Below are positions 13,257-26,679 of a stretch of DNA of 64,000 bases, piece after piece. Origin of the DNA: Octopus vulgaris (taxonomy: Eukaryota); NCBI GenBank assembly GCA_951406725.2, contig OX597837.1, positions 19,530,001-19,594,000 of the forward strand, read 5' to 3'. Both the position numbers and the translations under genes were made by a program. Every line of letters starts with the position of its first letter. Within the stretch, counting starts at the first letter, position 1. The notes under the pieces were generated by a model that was not told the DNA's origin, searched no databases, and worked only from the letters and a program-made list of their open reading frames with translations.

Positions 13257-13583
13257 ACCTTCTCGGAACCAGAAAGGAGAAAGCTGATTTAAAGACTACA
13301 GATCCAAACCATCACTGGAAATGTAAAATCTGTAAACCTTTGCAGAAGTTTATCATCTAAGAATATATGCACATTTCTAGACGTGAAACTTATAGGCATG
13401 AAAATACATACATACAACAAAACATCCAAATCTGCACGTGCATTGATTCCAAATACTGCACATATAAACACATACATGCAGAAATACCTGGTTGATGTTG
13501 AAATTCCAATGAAGGGACTTTCGAGCTAGGTTAGAGACCGGCTCCTTCTCTATTGGCAAGAAATCTTGAATTAAACTGAATAA

Positions 13584-13614
<31 letters not shown>

Positions 13615-13722
13615 CATACATACATACATACATAAATACATACATACATACATACATACATACATACATACCTACATACATACATACATACATACATACA
13701 TACATACTCATGCATACATACA

Positions 13723-14546
13723 AACGGGGAGGTACCCAATTTAACCAAAAACGCTATCTGTGGGACAAGCCCGTTGTAGTTCAAGCTTCCGCCGTTAGAA
13801 ACCATTAATGCGACCCACGGGCATCAGTCTGCCGACCGGCGTCGTCGGCTATAGTCCTAGTGCCCCGTGGTGCGTCTTTGTTTTACAGCGCTTCCCTCTG
13901 TTCGTCGATTTTTGTGATGACTGAAACGAAAGAACGTCGTGCTTCCGCGAAATTCTGTTTTCTGTTGGGGAAAACGGCCGCCGAAACAGTTCTCATGCTT
14001 CAAGTAACTTACAATAATGTTGCCATTAGCAAAACACAAGTTTACGAGTGGTTTCCACACTTAAAGAATGGTCATTTGTTGCTTGAAGACCAACCTCGTT
14101 CAGGGCGACCGTCGCCGAACAGTTGACGAACTTGTTAACATGACTGGTGTGTCCTGAAGCTCCGGCCAACGAATTTTGACGAGGAGTTCCGAATGAAATG
14201 AGTTGCAGCAAAATTTCTTCTTCACTTGCTCACGTAAGATCAGAAGCAGTCACGACCGAATGCGTGAACTGAAAAGAAGTTTGGACCTGGACATTTCTTT
14301 GAAGGTTGTCACTGGTGACGAAAGCTGATGCTATGGAATTTGTAGATGTGGAAGAGGTGAAGAAAAGGAAAAGACGAAAGTATTACAAGATATCACTTCG
14401 CTAGAGTTTCAGCACCGCTTCAAGCGGTGGAAAACGCGTCTAGACCGATGCATTGTTTCAAATCGAGAATACAAGTGCAGACATGAAAAAGTAAGTGAAT
14501 AAAATAATATTGCAAAATTCTGGTTTCGATTGGGTAACCCCTCGTA
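13723..14546 (+). mobile_element. Internally deleted mariner-family transposon
   Basis: N-terminal HTH (KFCFLLGKTAAETVLML...VYEWF...EDQPRSGRP), VVTGDES and C-terminal RWKTRLDRCIVSNREY; imperfect TIRs AACGGGGAGGTACCCAAT / ATTGGGTAACCCCTCGTA. Confidence 0.9.
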
Positions 14547-16569
14547 TTTAAATGTTCAGTAAATTGTCTTAGAATTACTCTTTTCCCGCTAATGTTGTAT
14601 GCAAGCCCAAACCTTACGGAAGAATTCTGAAAACAATAATCTGGAAGAGAACTACTGAACTTAGCAACAAAATTTCAGACATTTTTATGTCCTGAGATAG
14701 TTACCTTTGATGCTTTACCTGTTTCACTCGTTGAACTGCGACCATACTTGAGCCATGCTTGGCCATAGATTATTAGTCAAACAAGTCGCCTCAGTGCCTT
14801 TTTTTTTACAAACTGGTACTTATTCCATCGATCCGATTTGCCGAATCGTTAAGTTACAGGGACAAAACAAATCAACAGCGGTTGTCATGCATACACACAC
14901 AAACGCACACACACACGCACAAACACGAACATAAACACATACGACAGGCTTCTTTCAGTTTCCTTTTATCAAATCCACACACGCAAGGCTTTGCTGGTCC
15001 TGGGACTATAGTAGAAGACACTCGCCCAAGGTGCCATGCAGTTAGACTGAAGCGGGAAAAATTTGAGATGCTAATACCTTCAATATACTAAAAACTTAAT
15101 GTCTCTTTTAGACTCGTGACCATTACGTCACGTTGTATTTCGAAAGTATGCAAGAACAAAAGAAAACAGCCAAATACTTGTTGAAGCAAAGAAGCGGTGG
15201 TGAAACTCTTAAACACTTAACGTGCGATGGAAATGTCGATGATGAGGAATTTCGCGTTACGTGCGGCTATCTCCGAAATGTCATCAATATAGTACGTTCT
15301 TGGCGGCGAATTATTGTAGCTGAAACAGCATGTATTGCCATACGGGGGAAGCAGTAACCTTCTCTCTTTTATGTTTGACTTGTTTCAGTCATCAGACTGC
15401 AGCCATAAGTGTATGGTTGAAGTCTGGTACTTATTCTATCTAACTGCTAAGTTAGAAGGATGAAAACAAAGCAACACCGGTTGACAAATAGAGACGATCA
15501 TAAGCACACAAACAAACACACATTTATATGCGTATTTTATTTATATGACGGCTTTCTTTCAGTTTCCTTCTAGCAAGTCCACTCAAGGCTTTGGTCGGCC
15601 CGGAGCTATAGAAGAAGACTCTTGAGAATCAAACTTCTTAGCACGAAGCCATACCTACGCCTAAACAGTATTTTATTCTTTAAGAGAATTCATACGATCC
15701 AACATGTGATATGCTAAGGAAATATTCTGAAGAAAACTACTGCGAATTTCAAATGCAAGAGGCCTGCTATAGTTGTTGTTGGTTACCTCTTTGGTAGAGC
15801 AACCATAAATTTCTGCCTCTACCAGCAGAATACACATCGTATGCCTATATGGCTATATGCATACATGGTATATATACACACACATGCACACACACACGAA
15901 TACATACGCTCACACAAACACACATATGCATGGACATGCTTCTGTAAATGTAATGAACGATAAAAAAAAACAGCAGATGGGGGGAGTGGGGACAATGTTT
16001 AAGAAATACGATGTTAGCTTAACGCTTTATTGGGGAGAGAAAAGTCTTAATGTTTTAGTCGTTTGTGTTTCAAGAGAAGAAAGAGAAATGTATAGTGGGA
16101 GTGAGTGAGTGGTTGAGAGAGAGAGAGAAAGCGAGAGAGAGGGAATGAGAGAGAGAGATAGATTGAGAGAGAGAGAGAGAATGGACGAGGGGTTAGAAAC
16201 CAGATGCGAATGTGGTTTTAAGGGGGCACTTTAGAAGGAAGGAGGGTTTGTAAATGCAAGTTTAGGAGTGAAGCCGATCCTGGTGATGACCATGTGGAGA
16301 GAGTATTGTGAGTATTTTGGAGTACATTTATGTGTGTAGAAGGATGCTGATGCAGGAGTGTAGCTGAAGTGTTGGTGTCTGTATAAGAAAGATATAATGA
16401 GGTGGGAGCAAGTGTGAATGTGAAATAAAAGGGAAGGGAAGAGGAATGTGGAGGGTGTGATTGGTGAGTGCGATAGGGTATGAGTGCGAGAGGCTGTTAC
16501 AAGGAAAGAAGGTATCAACTAGAGAATCATAAGAGAGGGAGATAGATAGATAGATAGATAGATAGATAC

Positions 16570-16616
<47 letters not shown>

Positions 16617-16733
16617 AAGTGCGAGTATTGGGGGAGAAGAAAAGTTATCTAAGTGACATAACATTTGAAACTTACACAAGAAATGCAATGGTAAGGAACA
16701 TGGAAAGACAAGGGGAATGTGATGGGTGTAATA

Positions 16734-16807
<74 letters not shown>

Positions 16808-17032
16808 TTATATACATATACAGGATGCAAGAGGTGTTTGAGGCATATTACGTAATTCAGTAACACAACTCTAATCTACCAAAACTCAAATGTATTTTAA
16901 TACAAATTTGTGCACATGTTCTCTCTCGATAAGCTTTCTTATTCGATTATTACATGAATCCACCTTTAGCTTCAACGTCTGGCTCAATGCGAGACCAGAA
17001 TCGTTGTCATGCCTGTACTAAATGGTCCTTAC

Positions 17033-17185
17033 TCATTCCTCAACGAAAGCGACACCGTGAGAACAGCCACCAAGTATTGAAAGCTCTTCGTTCATCTAAT
17101 TTATCAGGGCCCCAGCCATACCATTTCCTTGTCCGTCCTCTCTATGATGCATCACATGAAGTGTTATGCATCATAGAGAGGATAT
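17033..17185 (-). other. Candidate non-coding exon
   Basis: Strong acceptor TTGCTGTTTCTTTTCAG|ATATCC at 17186/17185 and donor GA|GTAAGG at 17033/17032; unique sequence; no sustained reading frame found. Confidence 0.3.
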
Positions 17186-18489
17186 CTGAAAAGAAACAGC
17201 AATTTTAGCAAAAAGACATATTAAGCAACACTAATAATAAATCGAAAAGCATAAAAATAAACAAGCTTTTGGCGGTTTTATAGATATTTCAAACTTATGA
17301 TACTATGATGCTAGGTGTTTCCATTATTTTGTTCAACTCTTGTATCTGCCAATGATGTTTACATGCCCTTCAAGAATGGAACAAGGAAAGCTTCCGTGAT
17401 TTTGTCAGAACGCTGTCAGACAGTTTTACTTCTCTTATGCGCCTTTGCAGCAGATTGTGTTAGGATGGCGTCTGTTTTCTGTAGAAAACGCAACCGCGCT
17501 TTCGTTCTTTCAGCAAAGTGTGCTTCATCAAGGTTTTGCTTGAAAGTACGATGGCGAAGGATAGCTTTTTATTGTTCAAGCTTGCACCCAACACAGTATG
17601 AGCAGGCTTATTTCAGTTGTTCTCACATATACTGTTTAGTAAGCTGCACTTTCCTCTTTGTATTTTTTTTTCTATTCTTCCATCTGTTTGTGTATTAATT
17701 AATATATTTATTATCTGCTGTTTTCCTTTGTTTGGCGGTCGTTTTGTATTACTGTAATCTTTCCGAGAAGCTGTGCCGAGAAAAGAATCCCTTTTTTTTT
17801 TATCTCAGCGTTAGACAGCAGAATAAAATGGCAGTATTTATTTAAAAGCGGCTTGTTGTCTAACTTTAGAAAGGGGAAGATTGCCCAAAATACTCAATGA
17901 AAGCCCCTGTTTGAAATAAAAATGAAAATTATTTCATTTAGTTACACTTGTAAATCAACAAGAAATACCGCAGTAGAAATTTAGCACGTCAGACTTAAGT
18001 GCGCCGCGATTAACAAAAACAATGACAACAACAACGATGACAACAACAATAACAATAATAATAATATTAATAATAGATTGATAATGAAGACTATAATAGT
18101 AACAACAGTAGGGATAATATAGTTAATAATAGGTAGTGATGATGTCATATCTTTGTAGCCGCTGTAATGAAGCTATATTCTTGCAATGATTATTATTAGC
18201 GTAACGGCGTGGTTTCAAAGTCAGGCGCAGCTAATCAAGCGTGAAGGGTGCGAAAAGATGAACAGAAAAGGAAGAAGAAAAGAGAAAGAGAAGAGGAATG
18301 AAAGGAAGGGCGAACGGATAAGAAGGAAAAAATGGATGTAATAAGTGTCAATAATCCAAACAGGATGTATTGCTGGGAGCCGGAAGCGAATCCTTTTTCT
18401 AATGAGGAAATGTATGAGTCACTTTAAATCAGGACAAAATAGGGTTTTCACCGGGAAATGTTGGTCAGAAACTACGACAGAAAGAGGAG

Positions 18490-18520
18490 GAGTGATATAA
18501 AGAAAGAGGAAAGGTTTATA
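18490..18520 (-). promoter_or_regulatory. Candidate TATA + Inr core promoter
   Basis: Minus-strand TATAAA (18520-18515) lies 27 nt upstream of Inr-like TCACTC (A at 18493), next to (CT)n tracts; ETS-like CCGGAAG at about 18380. Confidence 0.3.
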
Positions 18521-18577
<57 letters not shown>

Positions 18578-18727
18578 GAGAGAATATATGGCAGTGAAAG
18601 AAAAATAGGGAGAAATATTGAGGAAGGGTATGAAAGAGACAGAAGAAGGTCGTTGTTGAGTTTGCGAAAGGCGTGAGGGTGAGAAGTGAAAGAAGCAGTA
18701 AGTGAAAAGGGAGAGGATAAGAAAGGT

Positions 18728-18812
<85 letters not shown>

Positions 18813-19177
18813 TGAGAGGTGAGGCCAGAAGTGAAGAATGGGGGGCGGTTGTAGAGGGTAGAGGGTAGAGGGTCTGATTGTTCCATCGACATATGTGCTC
18901 CATTCAGTCTGGATGTTTCCCTTTCATCACGTAATTAAGTGATGACAGAAACCAAACGATATTGGTCCGTAGTGCTGCTGCTGCTGGTGGCGGTGTTGAT
19001 AGAGGTGTTGGTGGAGATGGTGATTGTAGTGGGGAATGGGAGGCGTTCGAACTGGTCCAGAGTGTTAAGGATGGTCATTTAGTGACTTCGAGACACCCAA
19101 AATTGGACAATGTCAAATTGACCATCTCAAGAATTCCATGTATCTCTGTATATTACTCTCTCATTCTTAGTCTCCCA

Positions 19178-19227
<50 letters not shown>

Positions 19228-19322
19228 ATACATACATACATACATATATGTATGCATATATATATATATGTGTGTGTGTGTGTGTTTGTGTTTGTGTTCA
19301 CATGTATATATGTATATGTGTT

Positions 19323-19391
<69 letters not shown>

Positions 19392-19954
19392 TACACACAC
19401 GCACTCAACATATATATATCTGTACATATTTAAGTACAGATATGCATATATATATATGTGTGTGTGTATGTGTGTGTGTGTGTGTGTATGTGTGTGTGTG
19501 TGTATGTGTGTGTGTGTTTCTGTTCCTGTATGCATATATGTTTATATGTATGTGTGCCTCTGCGTATGTGTCATTACGATTTTTTTTTATTGCTTTGTTT
19601 TAAATACACAGAGGCACAACCCGCAAGCCATTGATGTGAAAACTATTTTATACGTACCTTCGACCATGCCGATATATGCCCGTAGCTTTTGTCTCCTTAC
19701 AACTCATCTCCCACCACCTACACATTACCTGCTCATTTCTTAATTTTCTATTTCACACAAATAAATTTAGGCTGGTTTTTGTCTCACCTCTGAGCAAATA
19801 AATCACTTACAGGAAATGACTTCCCGTGTAAAGAAATGAAGATAACCGCCATACGCGCGCGAGTACACAATACACAAACACACACAGACCGACATGTACA
19901 CATATATAAATATATGAATGTATCTCTCCATCTATCTCTCCATCTATCTCTCTC

Positions 19955-20034
<80 letters not shown>

Positions 20035-20058
20035 CCTATCTATCTATCTATCTATCTA

Positions 20059-20112
<54 letters not shown>

Positions 20113-20220
20113 CATGCGTACGTACAAATATACATATATTTACACGGACTCTCATATATATACAATTACGTATGTATACATGTATGTATATATACATGTA
20201 TGTACATGTATGTACATATG

Positions 20221-20265
<45 letters not shown>

Positions 20266-20296
20266 CTATATATATACACATATATATATATGTATG

Positions 20297-20352
<56 letters not shown>

Positions 20353-21175
20353 CATCCATCCATGCATATGTACACAAGCGTACACGCTCATACGCACATA
20401 TATTTTACACACATCTGTCTCCTTGTCCATATGCATATCCGCCTCTGTGCTTTACACTCAAACTGCTCGAGCGTGTCTGTCAGTTTGCCTGTCACTATGT
20501 CGATTCTGTTCTCTCAATGATACTCGAACAGAAACAAATTTCTACCACCGCGCATACAAAATTACAAACACATGCATACATCTTTAATTCCAATACCCAA
20601 AATACACTTTCAGCTTCTCATTCATTATCACTGGAGTGACTGGTATTTCTTATGAACTTCCTACCCCGTGGATTACAGAGCGGCTAAGTTGGGTATTTTG
20701 AAGAAAGATCGTAGCTCGTAGCTCTATAAGTGATACGCTACAGATGAACACGATGTCTAGAACAACAAAAAACATGTAATGTTTTGAAAATTTAAAGAAC
20801 AAATGTGGTCGAACAAAGGATGAGGGCGACAACAGGACAAGTTATATTTTAAACACTTGTCACAAAACAATAATCGAGTCAAGGAGAGGAAATATATATA
20901 TATATACACATACACACACACACATATGTTTTTTTTTTCTTTTACTTGTTTCAGGCATTTGACTGGAGCGATGCTGGAGCACCGCCTTTCAGTCGAAGAA
21001 ATCGATCCCTGGATTTATTCTTTGTAAGCCTCGTATTTATTCTATCGATCCCTTTTGTCAAACCACTAGTTTACGGGGATGTAAACACACCAACATTAGT
21101 TGTCAAGCGATGGTGGTGGTGGTGGTGGTGGTGGTGGTGATGGGGGCAACCACAAACACAAAGACACACATACAC

Positions 21176-21211
<36 letters not shown>

Positions 21212-21340
21212 ATGTATATATATATATTTATGTATATATATATATATATATTTATGTATATATAAATTTATGTATATATGTATATTTATGTATATTTATA
21301 TATATATTTATGTATATATGTATATTTATGTATATATATA

Positions 21341-21387
<47 letters not shown>

Positions 21388-21388
21388 C

Positions 21389-21906
21389 TAGGTACCGCAC
21401 GCTAGGAGGTACTTTGCAGTCAAAACTACTAAAATAAACAAATTGTACCGAATGCAAAACTTCAAAGCGAGTCATTTAAAAACAGAATTTAGTTACATAT
21501 CACCTGTGATTTCGCAATCAATGCAGAACATGTACTATATGCTCTTCAGTGCAACGAACTCAAGACATATAAGAAAAAAACACAACATCACATACCCGAC
21601 AACCAACCGTAGAATTCGCCGCAGCATGTACGAATGTTTATAGATATGTAAAGATAAACATTCGTACATGCTGCGGCGAATTCTACGGCTGGTTGTCGGG
21701 TATGTGATGTTGTGATTTTTCTTATATGTCTTGAGTTCGTTGCACTGAAGAGCATAGAATGCATATTCTGCATTGATTGCGAAATCACAGGTGATATGTA
21801 ACTAAATTCTGTTTTTAAATGACTCGCTTTGAAGTTTTGCATTCGGTACAACTTGTTTATTTTAGTAGTTTTGACTGCAAAAGTCCCTCCTAGCGTGCGG
21901 TACCTA
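21389..21906. mobile_element. Near-perfect foldback element (about 253 bp arms, 12 nt loop)
   Basis: Ends TAGGTACCGCACGCTAGGAGG and CCTCCTAGCGTGCGGTACCTA; loop 21642-21653; mirrored ORFs 21443(+) and 21851(-) give nearly identical peptides. Confidence 0.95.
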
Positions 21907-22039
21907 TGAATAATAGTACCCTCTATATAATATAAATAAGTATTTTCAAAGTTGAAAAAATTTACAGATTTTTTCTCTTACGAGGTTTTTCATGCTAACT
22001 ACTGATAATTTCTTATAAAGATTTATCCTTATTTTTAAA

Positions 22040-22115
<76 letters not shown>

Positions 22116-23163
22116 AAGGACTGCTTCGGCCGGATCGTGTTCTGCACTTACCTTCGAAACAAGCATTGAGTCGAAACAGGGGCAGCTGAAGAAAGGGAAT
22201 ATTCCTTGTATTGTTTGTCTTGTACTCTGTTGTTTTCGTTGTTAAAAAAAGTCCGTTTCCTTGTTTGATTTTGTTTTCGTTTCTCGTTGTGTTCTACGTT
22301 TATTTGTGGTGTCCTGTACTCATATATGCATGTACATATACATATAGATGTATGTATGTACATATATGTATGTATGCATATGTTTTATTTATAAAATTGT
22401 TATTATATACATATATATATATATATAATCCGTATTGTATATACATCACAGTCGATCTTACCAATCGGTTTCACACTATGTGTATAGTGGAGTGTTACGT
22501 AACAATCCGGTTATATAACCCTACGCTTATCAGAGGTAGCCGATATGGAATAAAATATAGCGACTACTCTCTATTGATGAAGGCGAAAGGACACTTCCGG
22601 TTTGCGCTTGCTGTAAAATGATGATGAAGCGAACGGAGCAGTGAATTTAGTTAAGAGTTATGTCTCTTGGTACCGAGACATCGTCTCCGGGTTGTTTATG
22701 CTGTAAATGTTTGTGGGAATTGTGTGCGTCTTTCAGATTGGTATTCTTTGGGAAACGGGATAAATGTAGTGGTGTTGTATGTATAACACCTACCTGGGGT
22801 GCAGGCGTCTATTACTATACTCGCTAGTGTGTTTTCATTCGGTATTGGTTAAGGTCATGAGGGCTTTATTTGTACATGCAGTGTGTGTAGGGATACAATG
22901 TGTGTGTTGCAGTTTATATTGGAGGTGGTGGGAAACGGTCTATTTGGTAGGTGTCCACCGTATTGGGGCGTGCGTGTTTGTATGGGGGTACGTTGGATAT
23001 ATAGTCGGATTGTTGCCTAACAGTCCGTTGTTTCCCCGAGCGCGAAACCGATTGGTAAGATCAGCCCTGATGGATATATGATACTGTACATTCCGGATAA
23101 TATACTCACTCAGCTGACAGATATACGACTTATGGACCTTTAGGCGATATGTGTGTATGTAAG

Positions 23164-23197
<34 letters not shown>

Positions 23198-24653
23198 TGT
23201 ATGTATGCATCTATCTATCTGTCTATCTATCTACATACATATACATATACATATGTATACCTATATGTATGTGTATGTATATTCATACACACACTCACAC
23301 ACACACATACACGCACACACACATACACGCACACACATATATATTTAGAGTGAAATCTATTTGCCAACGTAAAGTGGCAGTCCTGATTAGGACGATGTTA
23401 CTACTCTTTTTTTGGCCCCAGGAAAACATCTTTTTCAGGTGGCTATCGATTCACAACTGCATCCTCATACCTCGAACAAGGGAGCTAATGCCCCCACACT
23501 TACTTCTCACTCAGAGATTTAAACCTAATTGTATATATACTTATATATACACACACACACATCGGTATACAGATATATAGATGTGGGTGTGTGTGTTTGT
23601 GTATGTGCGTGTGTGAGTGTGTATTTGTATGTGTGCGCGCGCGAGTGTATGTGTGTAAACAGTTGTGTTGAGTTGGGGTGGTCTTTATGTCAGAAATTGT
23701 AAACTATATATTCGAGATTGTGAGATTGAGAAAATAGGTATCAAATCGAACGAAAGAGAAAGTCGAGGTATGAATCTGATGTGAAGGCGATGTTGTAGCA
23801 TGGCCGCGGTCCAGCGACTGAATCTAGTAAGAGAATATCAACTTCTGTTGTTTATGTTTTTGTGTTTTATTGTTCTTAACCTTTCTCGTTTTCGTTTTCA
23901 CATTAAAAAAAATTATATTAAGTTGAAATCCTCGTTAAGAAACAATCAGTTAATTGTTAATTAAGAATCAATTAGAATGTTGGCCAACCACAGGAGATTT
24001 TGTTAATTAATGCTGTTATTGAGACAGAAATAATTTTCAGTTAATTAATAATTTCCATTACCGACCGTCAGCCCGCCACCCACAGAGCTCCCCTCCTATC
24101 CACCACTACCTCGTTCAAATCTCGTGCTAAACGTAATTTTAACATATTATTTAACGAGAGCAGAGGTCAAATTGGCGTGTGGCTAATACAGCAAGGTTTT
24201 TGTGTTTACGTTGTGAGTTCGAATACTAACGAAATAAAAATGCCCTGGTAATTCTCAGAACGTTATGTGAGGTGGAAAATTAGCAGAGTTGTCATGGGAT
24301 TTGCGCCCCGAGTTCAAATCCCAGGGCAGTCGATTTTACTTTTCCTCCTTTCGTGGTCAGTAAAATAAAATACCAGTCTTCTATTAGAGTGGATGTAATC
24401 GATTGACACCTCTTCTCAAATTGTTGACCTTGTGCCCAGACCAGAGCTCTTGAAAGGGTGGAGTCTTAGCAGAATAGATAGAACATCGGACAAAATGCCT
24501 TGCAGTAATTGTTCTAATTCTTCTGGGTTCAAATTTTGCAGCGGACAAATTTGCCTTTATGCAATCCAGGGGAGAAAACATAATGTGCTACTAAGCAATC
24601 GACTAGAATTTGAAACGAAATGCCGTTAAGCATTTCATTGAAAATAATTATGA

Positions 24654-25728
24654 TAACGAGAGCACTCAGAGACCACAAACCTCCGCCAAGGCAACATCAA
24701 CGTCCTCTCAACTACTAGCCAGGGGTGATTTTTAAAATGAGAATATTTGAAATAAACTCGACTGCTCTCACAAACGAGAATAGTAAAAAAGAACCCGACC
24801 GCTCTCAAAAATTAAGCAAAAGAAAAAAAAAACGGAAAAAGAATCCAGAATCCTTGTCCAGTACCGGATCGATCCCAATGGTAGTCATGGAATGTGAAGG
24901 TGGGTGTGCGGGCCGTGTTTTTAATGCTCTGTGTGTGTCGTTTGCAATGGGAACAGGGACAATTTTCTCTTGGAAGGCTTTTTTTTAGCCTATCCACTGA
25001 CATAGTGTATTTACGACCATTAAGTTCTATTTTGAAAAATTTATCCGTGCGTGAAAGAAAACGGAAAGGACCTGCATATGGTGCTGTTAACGGAGGTTTA
25101 GCAACTTCGTTGCGCACAAAAAGCGTGAGTTCAAGAAGTAGAGCTTCCTTCAAGGCAGAGCTAGAAATGCAATTATCAAGTAGGTAAGAGGTTTTAAACA
25201 TGAGCGATATATTTAAAATTGGTATAACTAAAAATTGCCGATGATAAATTAAATATATTTTTGTTGCTGAATATGTTAGTCTTATTTAATTTCTGAACGG
25301 TTTTGCTGCCGTTTGTTTATGTAATTTGATTTATGTATCCATCAGTTTCTACTAAGACAGAGACGCGAGTAAAATTAAAAATAGAGAAACGAAAATAATA
25401 CTTTGGAAACAGCAACACCGTCATAACTTACGTGGAAACCATGAGCATACTCTCAAGGGAGATAATCAGAGAAAGACTTGAAAGTGAACGTAAGATCGTA
25501 ATAACTTTATGTAAAGTAAGGTGAAATATAACAAATAATCCAGAATCATTGTCCGGTATCGGGTCGATCTCAAAATCTAATCAGTTCGTGTCAGTCACAA
25601 GGCCAAACATCCTTGAAAGTTTCATCCGAATCTATCCCGTGGTTCTTGAGATATCTGGTCCACGACAAACAAATAAACAAACACGACTGAACACAATACT
25701 TCCGCCTTCGCTAAGGCGGAGGTTATAA
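24654..25728 (+). mobile_element. Helentron-associated (HINE/DINE-1-like) non-autonomous element
   Basis: Subterminal ACCTCCGCC (24679-24687) is the reverse complement of GGCGGAGGT (25715-25723); 3' stem-loop ACTTCCGCCTT-CGCT-AAGGCGGAGGT (25698-25723); (CAAA)n near the 3' end; internal direct repeat at 24842 and 25536. Confidence 0.6.
24900..25200 (-). mobile_element. Gypsy integrase C-terminal (GPY/F module) fragment
   Basis: LFVRNEVAKPPLTAPYAGPFRFLSRTDKFFKIELNGRKYTMSVDRLK. Confidence 0.85.
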
Positions 25729-26629
25729 CTGTTTCGTCTATCTTTACTTTCTGAGTTCAAATGCCATTGGGGTCGACTTTACCGTTCATCCTTTTGGAGG
25801 TCAATAAAGTAAGTACCAGTTGAGTACTGGAGTCGATTTAATCGATTTAGTCTCTCGCTCAAAATTGTTGGCCTTATGGTAAAATTTGAAGCCATTATTA
25901 TTTTCAATTTGAAGGCGGCGAGCTGGCAGAATCGTTAGCACACCGGGCAAAATGATTAACAGTATTTCGTCTGTCTTTTCGCTCTGAGTTCAAATTCTGC
26001 CGAGGTCAACTTTACTTTTCATCCTTTCGTGATCGATAAAATAAGTATCAGTTGAACACTAGGGTCGATGTAGTCGACTAGCTCCTACCCCTGAAATTGC
26101 TGGCCTTGTGCCAAAATATGAAATCATAAGGCAGCAAATTGGTAGAATCATCGTCACACCGGACCAAATGCGTATCGGCATTTCGTCGATCATTACGGTC
26201 TGAGTTCAAATTCTGCCATGGTCGACTTTGCCTTTCATTCTTTCGGGGTCGTTGACATAAATATCAGTTGAGCACTGGAATCAATATAATCGATTAATCA
26301 TTTCTACCCCCCCACACACACACACAATTTCAGACCTTGTGCCTCTAGTAGAACTTATTTTACATGCAAAAATTAGTAATTTTGATGAATGCGGCTTCGT
26401 TAGTATCTAAAATAGTTTGCCGATTATGAAGCAACTTTGAAAGTGTCAAATTTCCACCGAATAACTCACTTTCACACACTAAAATATGCTGAAGTAGATC
26501 ACATAAGAGATTCTACGCCTTTTTCAATAGATAACTTTGAAAGTTTTTTTCCAGGTGCGAAAATCAATAATATTCCTGATATTTTCCTGTAAGAATTTTG
26601 AAATTTTTACCTGTTTTCAGGCAATTTAA

Positions 26630-26679
<50 letters not shown>

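Noticed and set aside
17315-17698. 127 aa plus-strand ORF and a protein-like minus frame (AILRHRTFKQ...)
   Set aside because: GTG start, no recognisable homology; the minus frame has an upstream stop and no acceptor.
21443-21851. Pair of paralogous small genes on opposite strands
   Set aside because: The mirror ORFs are a consequence of the DNA palindrome and have TTG starts.
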